In this document: piece by piece, positions 40,462 to 50,041 of the stretch
How the letters are laid out: each line of letters opens with the position of its first letter
Numbering within the stretch: position 1 is the stretch's first letter
Position numbers and translations under genes: made by a program
NCBI GenBank assembly: GCA_016935735.1
Contig: JAFGQK010000090.1
Span: forward strand, 1,250 to 65,249
Reading direction: 5' to 3'
Length of the DNA stretch: 64,000 nt
From: Spirochaetales bacterium
GTDB lineage: Bacteria > Spirochaetota > Spirochaetia > SZUA-6 > JAFGRV01
The notes under the pieces: generated by a model
What the model was told of the DNA's origin: nothing
Database searches by the model: none
The model's input: the letters and a program-made list of their open reading frames with translations, nothing else

Positions 40462-40755
40462 ACAATGGAACTGAGAAAGGAAAAACATATTCAAAATGTT
40501 AAAACCAAATATGAACAGCTATCCTTTTGTTTAAATAAAAAAAGCAAAAGATTATGGGCAGCAACCGAAGCGAATAGCATCGGATGGGGAGGAGTTAGCA
40601 TTGTTCATGAAGCAACAGGTATTGATTTTAAAACGATAATAAAAGGGATTAAAGAACTTTTTGTAACTAATAAAGGTAATCGTATTCGCAAAGTTGGTGG
40701 TGGCAGGATGAACCGGAATATACACTTTCTTTCATGCATTTACTTCTTCATCTAA
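40462..40755 (+). mobile_element. Truncated N-terminal remnant of an ISAzo13-like (DDE) transposase
   Basis: KRLWAATEANSIGWGGVSIVHEATGIDFKTIIKGIKEL...NRIRKVGGGR resembles the N-terminal HTH region of ISAzo13-family transposases (RRLWAA.EA..LG.GG...V..ATG.SR.TI..G..EL...R.R..GGGRK, recalled from memory). The ORF ends after ~100 aa, no DDE domain follows, and no terminal repeats were seen. Confidence 0.55.
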
Positions 40756-40785
40756 AGTTGTATTCTCTACATTCCAGGAAGAGTG

Positions 40786-43647
40786 TTATTCATCCAATAA
40801 ATTAATAATTCGGAAACCAAGTTCACCACAGGGGATATATGCATATTTTCCACTCACGGCAAATCCCCTGCAAATATTTTGAGGAGAAGTAAACTCTATA
40901 GCAAACAAAAATGTTCGCGGTATATGGATTATACCGGGATTTGAACCGGATATATTGATGAGTGATAAACCATGGAAAAATACCTTTCTTTGTCCGATTA
41001 CAGGAATGTCAATGATCATATCATAAATTAGATAAGCATAAATATATTTTCCCCTTAAAAAGGCAGCTTTGACTTTGGGAAAAGTTATATATATTGAAGA
41101 ATCCCAAAATGGAGTGGAGGGATCCCTTATATCTACTATCTGCACACTTCCGTTATAGGAATTTACTGTAAAAGCGTATGTCCCCTTTAGTATAAGTAGA
41201 TCCGTATCCAGCCCCGGGATTTCACAAGTTGCCTTATATGAAATATGTTCTTTCTTTGAAATATCATAAATTTTAAGACCGGAGTCTCCTGCTGCTACAT
41301 AAAGAAAATTATTTTGTATTTCTATATCCTTTGCGTATATATCTTCGGTATGTATAAGCTCAGGAGTTGTTGGCCGGGAAATATCGATAAAATAAAGCCC
41401 TCTTCTATCCTCTGGTGCAGATAGAATTCCAATATCACCCATTATTAATATTTCAGCAGCCCCGGAATTTATTTGATATGAACCGGATCTTTTAAATGTT
41501 GCAATATCAATTATTTCCAGGCCATAATCGGTAACACAATAAACATACTTTCCATTTATATCTACAGCGTATACTGCCCCTTTTGTTTCCACATACTGTT
41601 CTTTTACAGGATTTTCAGGGTCACTGATATTATAAGAATATAGTCCTTGATTTCCGGAATTTCCGGTTCCACAGGCAGCGTATAAGAGGTCACCTCTTAT
41701 AACAATATTATTTACACTACCAAGGTCATTACGGGAAATACTGGTTATTAATGGGGGAGTTACATCTATTATCTTTAATACACCATCTTCTGTTACAGAA
41801 TAGGAATAAATTTCATTGCTGTAATACACAAGTTCCACTTTATCTACAGTATTATTTATATTATACGTTTGATATATAATCGGAGATTCAGGATTCATTA
41901 TACTTATTGCCTGAACACCGGCTACATCATCCGCGACTATTGCAATTCCTAATTCTTCTACTATTGCAACATCGCTGGAATAGCCGGGAGTATTACAACA
42001 TCCCTTATAGTTTGGGGATTTGGAACTTGAAATATCGATAATGAAAAGACCTTCATAACCGTCTGCTACATATGCATAATTCCCAGACACTGCCACACCG
42101 GATGCAAAACCGTTGGTATCTTGTCGACACAGGGATTCCGGCTGTGATGGAATATTAATATCAAAAATTTCAAAACCCTCACGGCCTTTTACTATATAAA
42201 GAATATTATCCCGGCATACTACATCTCTAACATCACCCTGTACTTTCAAGGATATGATTTGGGAATTTACAGGATCAAATACATTTTCTATTATTGTAAT
42301 TCCGTTTTCTTCACATGCCACGTATGCATTGTTGCTGTTCACTGCTACACTACAAGCAGTATTTATCGGATATCTGTAAAAAAAAGCGGGTGTTTGGTTG
42401 GTAACATCGATTATTTCAAGACCTTTTGATGTTGTAATACAGGCGAATCTTTTTTTTTCAAAGTCGATAACAGTTATATTATTGGCAGAACCGGAAATTC
42501 CCTCAAATTTGGAATATTCTGCCGGATGAATTGGATCAGAGATATTAATTATTTTAAGCCCGCCAGATCCTGCCGCGATATATGCAAAATTTTCAATTAT
42601 GGAAATTCCTTCAATGCTGCCGTTAATTTCAAGTTCACCGGAGACATTTGTGTATGGGAGTTCCGAGATAGGATCTGACCGTCCGCAGTTAGCATAACTT
42701 TGTATACTCCCGGGAAAACAAGGGCGTATTGAATAGTAATATAATTCACCTGGCAGGATAGTATTATCCTCATAACTATTTTTATTGACCACCTTTATTA
42801 ATTGATAATGAGTTCCATCCCTTTCCGATCTATATACTTCATATTCTTCAATACCCTCAATGCAATTCCATTCCACACCCAGGGAGTAATTAAATTCAGA
42901 TATACGGGGTGCAAGCGTTTGTTTTGAAAGAGGAAGTGCTTTTATAAAACCTGAGGTTACTATTTTTATTCCCTGTTTTGCATCTATTCCGCAATAAGCC
43001 TTTAACTGAAAAATATGCAAGGAACCGTAATTTATATCCTGGTCTATAATATATGATGTTTCGGATTTATCAATATTTCTGATTATTATTCCATTTCCCT
43101 CATCGCCATTGTCCTCGAATGGATATGTATTATCCTGTGTATAAAGTAAAGTGTATGACTCTGCCAAAAAAACAGATTCCCAGGATAAATGAATACTTTC
43201 ACCTTTTACTTCCACTTTAAACGAAGGAATTCCATTTTCCATATCTCTTCTTAAATAGTGCTGAATTTCCGTTGTATTTCCATTCCAGTCTGTGGCCGTA
43301 ATCTGCAAAGTAAAGGCAGTTTGCAGTTTATTTGTTTCAAAATGAAAAGAAAATTTTCCGGAATCATTAAAATCAATGATTCCATTGATTGGTGAATTCA
43401 GAATTTTATATCGTACCCCGGCTACTTTACCGGGTTGTTTTTTATTCGCTTTATCTGTGACAGTTCCTGATACTTCCACAATAGATGCACATTCAGTCAT
43501 TTCGACAGGGCTAATAATTGTGATTTCCGGTTTTATGGTATCGTTTACTTTCAATACCATATCTTCATCAAAGGGTGTTGGGCATGATACAAATAAAAGA
43601 ACCATGATTATAATCAAGACAAAATATATAATTTTTTTCCTGAACAT
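40786..43647 (-). CDS. Large LVIVD-repeat (beta-propeller) surface lipoprotein with N-terminal Ig/FN3-like domains
   Basis: Start set at MFRKKIIYFVLIIIMVLLFVSCP (lipobox-like LFVSC). At least 10 repeats of the pattern G.A..V.V.GNYAYVA.G..GL.IIDIS.P..P (e.g. GNYAYVADGYEGLFIIDISSSKSP, NFAYIAAGSGGLKIINISDPIHP). Confidence 0.75.
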   Translation of the reverse strand: MFRKKIIYFVLIIIMVLLFVSCPTPFDEDMVLKVNDTIKPEITIISPVEMTECASIVEVSGTVTDKANKKQPGKVAGVRYKILNSPINGIIDFNDSGKFSFHFETNKLQTAFTLQITATDWNGNTTEIQHYLRRDMENGIPSFKVEVKGESIHLSWESVFLAESYTLLYTQDNTYPFEDNGDEGNGIIIRNIDKSETSYIIDQDINYGSLHIFQLKAYCGIDAKQGIKIVTSGFIKALPLSKQTLAPRISEFNYSLGVEWNCIEGIEEYEVYRSERDGTHYQLIKVVNKNSYEDNTILPGELYYYSIRPCFPGSIQSYANCGRSDPISELPYTNVSGELEINGSIEGISIIENFAYIAAGSGGLKIINISDPIHPAEYSKFEGISGSANNITVIDFEKKRFACITTSKGLEIIDVTNQTPAFFYRYPINTACSVAVNSNNAYVACEENGITIIENVFDPVNSQIISLKVQGDVRDVVCRDNILYIVKGREGFEIFDINIPSQPESLCRQDTNGFASGVAVSGNYAYVADGYEGLFIIDISSSKSPNYKGCCNTPGYSSDVAIVEELGIAIVADDVAGVQAISIMNPESPIIYQTYNINNTVDKVELVYYSNEIYSYSVTEDGVLKIIDVTPPLITSISRNDLGSVNNIVIRGDLLYAACGTGNSGNQGLYSYNISDPENPVKEQYVETKGAVYAVDINGKYVYCVTDYGLEIIDIATFKRSGSYQINSGAAEILIMGDIGILSAPEDRRGLYFIDISRPTTPELIHTEDIYAKDIEIQNNFLYVAAGDSGLKIYDISKKEHISYKATCEIPGLDTDLLILKGTYAFTVNSYNGSVQIVDIRDPSTPFWDSSIYITFPKVKAAFLRGKYIYAYLIYDMIIDIPVIGQRKVFFHGLSLINISGSNPGIIHIPRTFLFAIEFTSPQNICRGFAVSGKYAYIPCGELGFRIINLLDE

Positions 43648-43720
43648 TCTTACCTCCTGAATATTATTCTTTAAAAGTAAGTTTTTCATATGGTTGTCCT
43701 TTTTTTCTATAGATATTTAT

Positions 43721-45874
43721 TTACTGCCTGCCATTATGGATAAAGTGTATTATTTCTGTATCCTGTACATCCGCTTTTTCACGTTCTATCGTTTCCGGAT
43801 CTTCCTCATTGTCCGGGAGTAAATTGCCTTTGGCTATCATTGAATATTTAGCTGCTTTTTCATTGTCCCCCAGTTTTATGTAGAGATCGGCAATATATCC
43901 TGCAAGCAGTTTATAATAAGGGGAAGTTTCACCCTCGTTTACCAGAACCTGTTCCATAACAATAAGAAAGTAGTCCACTGCTTTTTGATATTCCCCTTTA
44001 CTATAATAAATGACTCCATGGTTTATTTGCACGTCATAATAATCAGGATCAATCTCAAGTGCTTTCATAAAGGCATTTTCTGCATTCTCATACATATCCC
44101 ACTCACCACAGACTATACCGAGAAGATTATAATCCTCTTTCTGCCCGGATGATTCTGTTGTGTCCCGGTAATACCGGATAATTGCATCTTTAAGTTTGTC
44201 CATATCTTTTGTAAAGGAATTTATTATATTATGTGCCGCCCCGTATTGAAGACCAAGGTCTTCTTCTTTCAAGCTTACCGGACGAAACCTATTATGTGCA
44301 TCTTTTGTTGTATAAAAATGTGCCTTACCACTGTTTAAATAGTATTCTTCAATTCCTTTTTTCCAGGCGGTAAGAAAATCCTCCTTTCCAAGCAAGGTGA
44401 TTTCTACCGGCACCCATAACTCATTATTACTGCTTAAGGTCATATTTTTTTCCGGGTGTACTTTTTTATAATTTTTTAATGGTATTTTCGTATTTACTAC
44501 CGGGTAAATATGATCCGGGAGTGTGATAAACCCTGTTTCCACCCCTGCTGCCTGGAGAATACTCAGATACAGGACCGTAAGATCATCGCAGTCACCTGCC
44601 GTCTTTAACAGGGTTTCCCTGGGCAGGGAAACCGAATCAATAACAGTCACATCATTTTTTACTGATGCCAGGGGGCGTTTCGGATCCGGCTGGTAAAAGC
44701 ATCCCAGCTCTGCAAGGCCGTAGTATACCTCCATTGCGGTCTGTAAAGAGTCACTGTATGCAGGCTGCTTTATGTCTTTAAACATTTTTGACAAATGAAC
44801 TGCATAATTACAGAGTGCGCTGTCTTCCGGGGTAATAAAAGCTGCGATCTTTTCTTCATTATCCCACACGATCGATCTTTTATCATACATGGAAAAGGAT
44901 ACTGACTTTTTTTGTTCAGCATGTTTTTGATTTGATATATATGAGATAATTATTTCCCCTGTTAATGGAATTACTCCTTCAATTGTAAAGACATTATTGT
45001 TAAATGTGGCAAAAACAGGAATACCGATACTCTCATTACCTTTTATTTCTTCTATAGAAAAAGAGGGAGTCGGCGAATCCATGTATTGCGGCTGAAAGAA
45101 TGATACTTCCACGTCAAAAATTGAATACTTCTCTGTATTGATAATGATAATTATTGTAAGAGGGTTTTGTGTATAATAATGCTGCATTGCGGCAAAGAGC
45201 TGACCCGGAAAGTTTATGTTTTCTATTTTAATGGATTTTATAAGATCCTTTATCATATCCGGGTCCCGTCCTAAGCGGTAATGGGCTGTAAATCCCAATG
45301 AAAAGATGAGCCCGTTAAAATCTTTAAGCTCGGAGAGGGAATAGAGGTATTTTATATTTGGATGTATGTCTATAAGGAAGTTGTAAGAGGGATTCAGGCA
45401 TATTCTTATCCCTGCCTGGCCGATCAGGTTTTTTCCGCCACAGGTTGCATCTTCCAGCAGGTAGGGAAAATACGATTGTGTCATGCCAAAAACCAGATCA
45501 CCGCCAAGTTCAAAATACCTGGCAAAACGGCGGGAAAAAACGAGACCTGCTGTACCGAAGATATGGTAATTATCCCATTTATTCTCTTCTTCCTGCTTGT
45601 TGTCAAATTGTATGATTCCGCCCTGTATTGAAGGCTGGAGGGTTGGTAAAAAGGGAAGGGGATACCGGACATTTACCGAGATTTCATAGACATTATACCA
45701 GGCTCCGTAATCATTAAATGGTGAGAGTGTCTCATATTCGATGCCAAAAGACAGGGGAAACCTGTAGTACTGGTTCAAATCTTTTGGCTCGTTATTCTCG
45801 ATTGTATACCCCGGATTTGTGAAAAAGGTTAGAAAAACAATGACTATTATAGTTATATACGTTTTTGTTTTCAT
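43721..45874 (-). CDS. Secreted protein with transglutaminase-like cysteine-protease core and C-terminal TPRs
   Basis: Signal peptide MKTKTYITIIVIVFLTFFTNPGYT. TAGDCDDLTVLYLSILQAAGVETGFITLPDHIY is a transglutaminase-core-like Cys...His arrangement. The C-terminus has TPRs (AENAFMKALEIDPDYYDVQINHGVIYYSKGEYQKAVDYF). Confidence 0.6.
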   Translation of the reverse strand: MKTKTYITIIVIVFLTFFTNPGYTIENNEPKDLNQYYRFPLSFGIEYETLSPFNDYGAWYNVYEISVNVRYPLPFLPTLQPSIQGGIIQFDNKQEEENKWDNYHIFGTAGLVFSRRFARYFELGGDLVFGMTQSYFPYLLEDATCGGKNLIGQAGIRICLNPSYNFLIDIHPNIKYLYSLSELKDFNGLIFSLGFTAHYRLGRDPDMIKDLIKSIKIENINFPGQLFAAMQHYYTQNPLTIIIIINTEKYSIFDVEVSFFQPQYMDSPTPSFSIEEIKGNESIGIPVFATFNNNVFTIEGVIPLTGEIIISYISNQKHAEQKKSVSFSMYDKRSIVWDNEEKIAAFITPEDSALCNYAVHLSKMFKDIKQPAYSDSLQTAMEVYYGLAELGCFYQPDPKRPLASVKNDVTVIDSVSLPRETLLKTAGDCDDLTVLYLSILQAAGVETGFITLPDHIYPVVNTKIPLKNYKKVHPEKNMTLSSNNELWVPVEITLLGKEDFLTAWKKGIEEYYLNSGKAHFYTTKDAHNRFRPVSLKEEDLGLQYGAAHNIINSFTKDMDKLKDAIIRYYRDTTESSGQKEDYNLLGIVCGEWDMYENAENAFMKALEIDPDYYDVQINHGVIYYSKGEYQKAVDYFLIVMEQVLVNEGETSPYYKLLAGYIADLYIKLGDNEKAAKYSMIAKGNLLPDNEEDPETIEREKADVQDTEIIHFIHNGRQ

Positions 45875-46244
45875 GTATTTTCCTTTTTCTTTAATTACGC
45901 TATATTATTTTTTTCTGAATAGTTAGCGTTTTTACAATCTTTTAATTACAATCTTTTAAATAGTATAATTTACCATTTGGGTAACAATATACAACGTAAT
46001 TAAATTTTGTCAATTATATCAAGTATTATTTGTTTAAAATTATTAAAAAGATATATCATCATTTCTGTCCAGGAATTTCAATATTTTCATATAAATCACA
46101 GATAACACATCTATGATTTCTCGGATTTTACAATATTTTAATCTGTGAAATCTCATTTTTAAGAAAAAAACAATAAGGTTAAGATGGATTTTCATTTCTT
46201 TTTATCTATTCTTAATCCGCCACTCCCGTAATTGTTATTTTATC

Positions 46245-47372
46245 TTAAACAAATTTTGTATTATGTTTTTCGATTCCCATAATCCATGAAATCGTATTCA
46301 CAACATCCTGTCTGAATTTAAGTGCTTGTTCCGGGACATTGCGTTTTAATGCAACATAATGATGAAATTCAGCTTCACTAATGTTAATGAATTCACAAAA
46401 TTCTTTTAAATTCTTTGGGATAGTATTTTTCATGCCAAGAATTCTAATTTCTTTTTTCCCCTGCTCTCTCGTAATAAAGCCCGAGCGAATCATTTGATTA
46501 ATTTCTGTCCTTAATTCCGAGAGTTCCCTTCTAAATTCCAAATACCCTTTTATCGGCTCGATAATACAACTTGAATGTATATTGGAATTTGAGGCATTTT
46601 CCCAGCCTATTTCCTTTTCCAGTGTGTCATGCAGGTTATCTAAATTCAACCAGCTGATATAATTGGACATAGGCACCATAACCGGATAAAAGCTAACCGT
46701 AACATCCGGTTTTGTATAATATAACAAATCTCCCAGGATTGTATTGATAATATCATCCATATATTCCGGCTCGAATTCTTTCAAAGCATTAATAAAAAAT
46801 TCATTCCACAATCTGCAGAATTTAAGAAAATTCTCCTTTTGAATTCCCTGGTCCGGCATGATGAAATTATGATTTAATTCCCTTTGCCCTTCAGAAAACC
46901 CTGTAATAATCAATGGAATATTCTCTTTTATAGCCAGGGGGAAAACACCTATACTCATAAGACCCGGGCAATAACAAACCTTGGCATTTCTTTTAAAAAA
47001 GGCTTTTAACAAACGCTGCGTTTTATTCATATCCCACTTACATATAACATGTCCGGAACCTGTTGCCTTAACCGCGTTTTCCATATTCCGCCATGCTGTT
47101 TGCCTGATTAAACCATTGTCCCATGTAAATGCCAGAACCTTTACCTTTAGAATTTTTGCCATATAATAAAGGACATAACAGCTGTCTTTACCACCCGTCA
47201 ATGGTACAATCACATCGTACTTACTACCCGGTTTTTTATATTGATTGATTAGTTCTGTAAATTCCTTTTCTTTCTGTTCCCAATCATTTTTTGTTTGATT
47301 GAAATTCCTGCATTCAGTACATAATGATTCATTTTCATTTATTGTGTTTAAGCATTTTGTACATTCTTTCAT
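46245..47372 (-). CDS. PP-loop ATP-pyrophosphatase, N-acetyl-sugar-amidotransferase-like (WbuX/TIGR03573-like) with N-terminal Zn ribbon
   Basis: CTKCLNTINENESLCTECRNF followed by YDVIVPLTGGKDSCYVLYY (SGGxDS-type PP-loop). Last gene of the minus-strand cluster. Confidence 0.65.
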   Translation of the reverse strand: MKECTKCLNTINENESLCTECRNFNQTKNDWEQKEKEFTELINQYKKPGSKYDVIVPLTGGKDSCYVLYYMAKILKVKVLAFTWDNGLIRQTAWRNMENAVKATGSGHVICKWDMNKTQRLLKAFFKRNAKVCYCPGLMSIGVFPLAIKENIPLIITGFSEGQRELNHNFIMPDQGIQKENFLKFCRLWNEFFINALKEFEPEYMDDIINTILGDLLYYTKPDVTVSFYPVMVPMSNYISWLNLDNLHDTLEKEIGWENASNSNIHSSCIIEPIKGYLEFRRELSELRTEINQMIRSGFITREQGKKEIRILGMKNTIPKNLKEFCEFINISEAEFHHYVALKRNVPEQALKFRQDVVNTISWIMGIEKHNTKFV

Positions 47373-47411
47373 TGTTTTCCTCCTTAATTAAACGTATAAA
47401 TCAAACTTCTT

Positions 47412-48638
47412 TTATACTTTCTTAAAAATTAAGCTGGCATTATAACCACCTATTCCACTTGTATTATTCATACAATACAAAATATGAGCTTTTCTTGACC
47501 TGTCTTTTACATAATCCAAATCACAGAATAAATCACCCTCTTTAAAATTCCTTGTAAGATGTACCTGCTGATCTTCAAGACTCTTTACACAAACTGCCGA
47601 TTCTATGGCGCCACAGGCAGCAAAAGAATGACCGAGCATGGATTTCGTACTGTTAACAGGGATTTTAAAAGCCCGGTCACCAAACAATTTTTTTATGGCT
47701 ATACTTTCCTCCCTGTCATTCGATATCGTTGAACTGCCATGAGCATTAATATAATCGATATTACCCGGTTCAATCCCGGCATCTTTTATCGCCATCTCCA
47801 TGGAATCGATTATTCCTTTATAGGATGCATCGGTAAGACTTTCTGCATTTATAGATGATCCATAACCTTCCACAAAAGCCCTGACACGTGCACCCCGGTT
47901 TATAGCATGTTCATAAGATTCAAGAACCAGAATTGCTGCTCCTTTGCTCAGGACAAATCCCGAGCGGTCTTTATCAAAAGGCCGCATAGCAGTTTCGGGA
48001 TCTTCCTCCCTGGTACTCATATACAGACGGCTGAAACCTGAAAAGAAGGGTGCATAAAACTTATTTTCAATTCCTCCTGCAAGCATAATATTCACCCGGC
48101 CATCCTGAATCATTTTATATGCCTCCCCGATGGATTGAGTACCGCTTGTACAGGCCGAGACAATAGTGGATGCATACCCATTAAGTGAAACAATATTAGC
48201 CAGGTATGATAAATAAATATTCGGATATGTTTCCAGAAACCATTTAGGATTCCTCTGATCATAAGGTTCACCGGAATATCTGTCTGCCAAAGCAGTCCCT
48301 GTTCCGATGATAGCTCCAACCCTGTATTTCCGAGTTTCTTCAGGAAAACTGATTCCTGCATCGTCTAAGGCGTCTAAGCCGGCATAAACAAGCATTCTGG
48401 AAAGAAAATTCATTTTCTTGATTAACATTTTACTATTTCTTCCCAGTTGAAATTTATCCAGATTAAAATCAACACATAACCCTACAAGCTTCATCCCGTA
48501 TTTGATTAATGATTTATCAAAGTCCGATAATAGAGTAATCCCGTTTCTTCCTTCCAATAAACCTTTCCAGACATCTTCTATATTCGAACCTAATGGTGTT
48601 ATTATGCCAATTCCTGTAATTGCTACCCTGTTTTTCAT
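47412..48638 (-). CDS. Beta-ketoacyl-ACP synthase (KAS I/II, FabF-like), catalytically complete
   Basis: VAITGIGIITPLG, active-site IVSACTSGTQSIGEA, INAHGSSTISND, KSMLGHSFAACGAIE (Cys-His-His). Confidence 0.85.
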   Translation of the reverse strand: MKNRVAITGIGIITPLGSNIEDVWKGLLEGRNGITLLSDFDKSLIKYGMKLVGLCVDFNLDKFQLGRNSKMLIKKMNFLSRMLVYAGLDALDDAGISFPEETRKYRVGAIIGTGTALADRYSGEPYDQRNPKWFLETYPNIYLSYLANIVSLNGYASTIVSACTSGTQSIGEAYKMIQDGRVNIMLAGGIENKFYAPFFSGFSRLYMSTREEDPETAMRPFDKDRSGFVLSKGAAILVLESYEHAINRGARVRAFVEGYGSSINAESLTDASYKGIIDSMEMAIKDAGIEPGNIDYINAHGSSTISNDREESIAIKKLFGDRAFKIPVNSTKSMLGHSFAACGAIESAVCVKSLEDQQVHLTRNFKEGDLFCDLDYVKDRSRKAHILYCMNNTSGIGGYNASLIFKKV

Positions 48639-48659
48639 TATATACCTTCCATTTGTTAT

Positions 48660-49403
48660 TTATTCCTTGATCGTCTGGGTAAAGCCGCCATCAAATATTA
48701 TATTTGTTCCATTAATAAATAAATGTACATTATCTGCAAGAAGATGAATCAAACCTGCAATTTCCTCAGGCTCTGTGAACCTGGCCAATGGTATACGTTT
48801 AAAGGATCCGGGATCTGTGTACCAGGGAGCTGATTTTATCATATCAGTAGCTACAGGACCAGGGGAGATTACATAAAATCGGATACCCTTATATACTAAA
48901 GCCTGTTGTTTTGTCCATTCGATGATCATGGCTTTTGAGACAGAATAAGCACCCTGGCCTTTGCGAGGCCGTACACCGGAGATACTGCCGATATTAATCA
49001 CAACAGGATTATCCGATTTCAGCAAAATAGATTTCCATTCATCAAATACTGAAACAGCCCCAAAAAAATTTGTTTGTATAATATCATTCCAGCTATCCAA
49101 CTCAACTTCATAAAGTAAATTATCCTTCAATATCCCTGCATTATTCACCAGCAGATTTATATTATCATGAATAAATTTTTTTCGTGCTTTTTGTATTTGA
49201 TCTTTATCACGAATATCAAATTCTAATATTTTCCCCTTACCGCCAATGGAAATTATTTCAGATAAAAGTCCTTCTATATTATCATTCTTCTTCCGGCAAT
49301 TCATATAAATATAAAATCCGGTTACAGCCAGTTTCCTGCAAATGGCCATTCCAATTCCCCTGCTGCAACCTGTAACAAGTGCTGTGCGTTCATGCATAAG
49401 CAT
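48660..49403 (-). CDS. Short-chain dehydrogenase/reductase, FabG-like ketoreductase
   Basis: ALVTGCSRGIGMAI (TGxxxGxG), LVNNAGI, YSVSKAM (YxxxK). Confidence 0.85.
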   Translation of the reverse strand: MLMHERTALVTGCSRGIGMAICRKLAVTGFYIYMNCRKKNDNIEGLLSEIISIGGKGKILEFDIRDKDQIQKARKKFIHDNINLLVNNAGILKDNLLYEVELDSWNDIIQTNFFGAVSVFDEWKSILLKSDNPVVINIGSISGVRPRKGQGAYSVSKAMIIEWTKQQALVYKGIRFYVISPGPVATDMIKSAPWYTDPGSFKRIPLARFTEPEEIAGLIHLLADNVHLFINGTNIIFDGGFTQTIKE

Positions 49404-49998
49404 TATCCTCCGTACTTATTAAAAGTTCCTGGGCAGTAAGATAAGTGTCAGACTGTTCGTTAACCCATGTAATTATTTTTTCCAATTTTTCAAATTGATC
49501 CTTTATTCCGATATAATTAACAATAATTTTCTTCCGTGACAATTCAAGTGCAGCAATTTTTGTTAAAGCAATTATACCGCTTTTGAAAGTATTAATAATC
49601 ACTTGCAATGCGGGATCGTTTTCAATAATAATCAAAGGTTCCAGTATCCAGACATTTACATTGCGTTGTTGTAATAAAGTTGTATAAAAACATTTTATGG
49701 AAAGAAAAATTTTTGTAAGTATCCTGTTGACTTGTACGTATAAATTTCCATTAGTTTCCGGATCCATGGCTGAATATATAATCAAAGTCTTGAAAGGTTT
49801 CAAATTATAGATTAAATCTTTATAATTCTCTAAATGATTAAAATCCACAGTATATGTATTCGCTTCTTTACAATCTGTACAATGTAAATTTTTACCGGTA
49901 TTATCAATCAAATTAATAATTTCATATTTCTTCCCGAAAATTCGGATTAGTTCCCGGTTTTGATGATTTCCGATATAATTAATTAATATTTTCTGCAT
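49390..49998 (-). CDS. Hypothetical Rossmann/SDR-like protein lacking cofactor and catalytic motifs
   Basis: 202 aa. The spacing resembles an SDR (KILINYIGNHQN for TGxxxGxG, LIIYSAMDP for NNAG, FKSGIIALTKIAALELSRKKIIVNYI for YxxxK...VN), but the Gly motif and catalytic Tyr are absent. 14-nt overlap with the downstream SDR. Confidence 0.4.
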   Translation of the reverse strand: MQKILINYIGNHQNRELIRIFGKKYEIINLIDNTGKNLHCTDCKEANTYTVDFNHLENYKDLIYNLKPFKTLIIYSAMDPETNGNLYVQVNRILTKIFLSIKCFYTTLLQQRNVNVWILEPLIIIENDPALQVIINTFKSGIIALTKIAALELSRKKIIVNYIGIKDQFEKLEKIITWVNEQSDTYLTAQELLISTEDNAYA

Positions 49999-50041
49999 TG
50001 AGTTATCCTTCTATATTTTCAAATTAAAATTTGCAGTAAAT

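Noticed and set aside
45933-45958. Tandem 12-bp direct repeat tacaatctttta (14-bp period) upstream of the transglutaminase-like gene
   Set aside because: It is short, in a very AT-rich promoter region, and could easily arise by chance. There is no further support.
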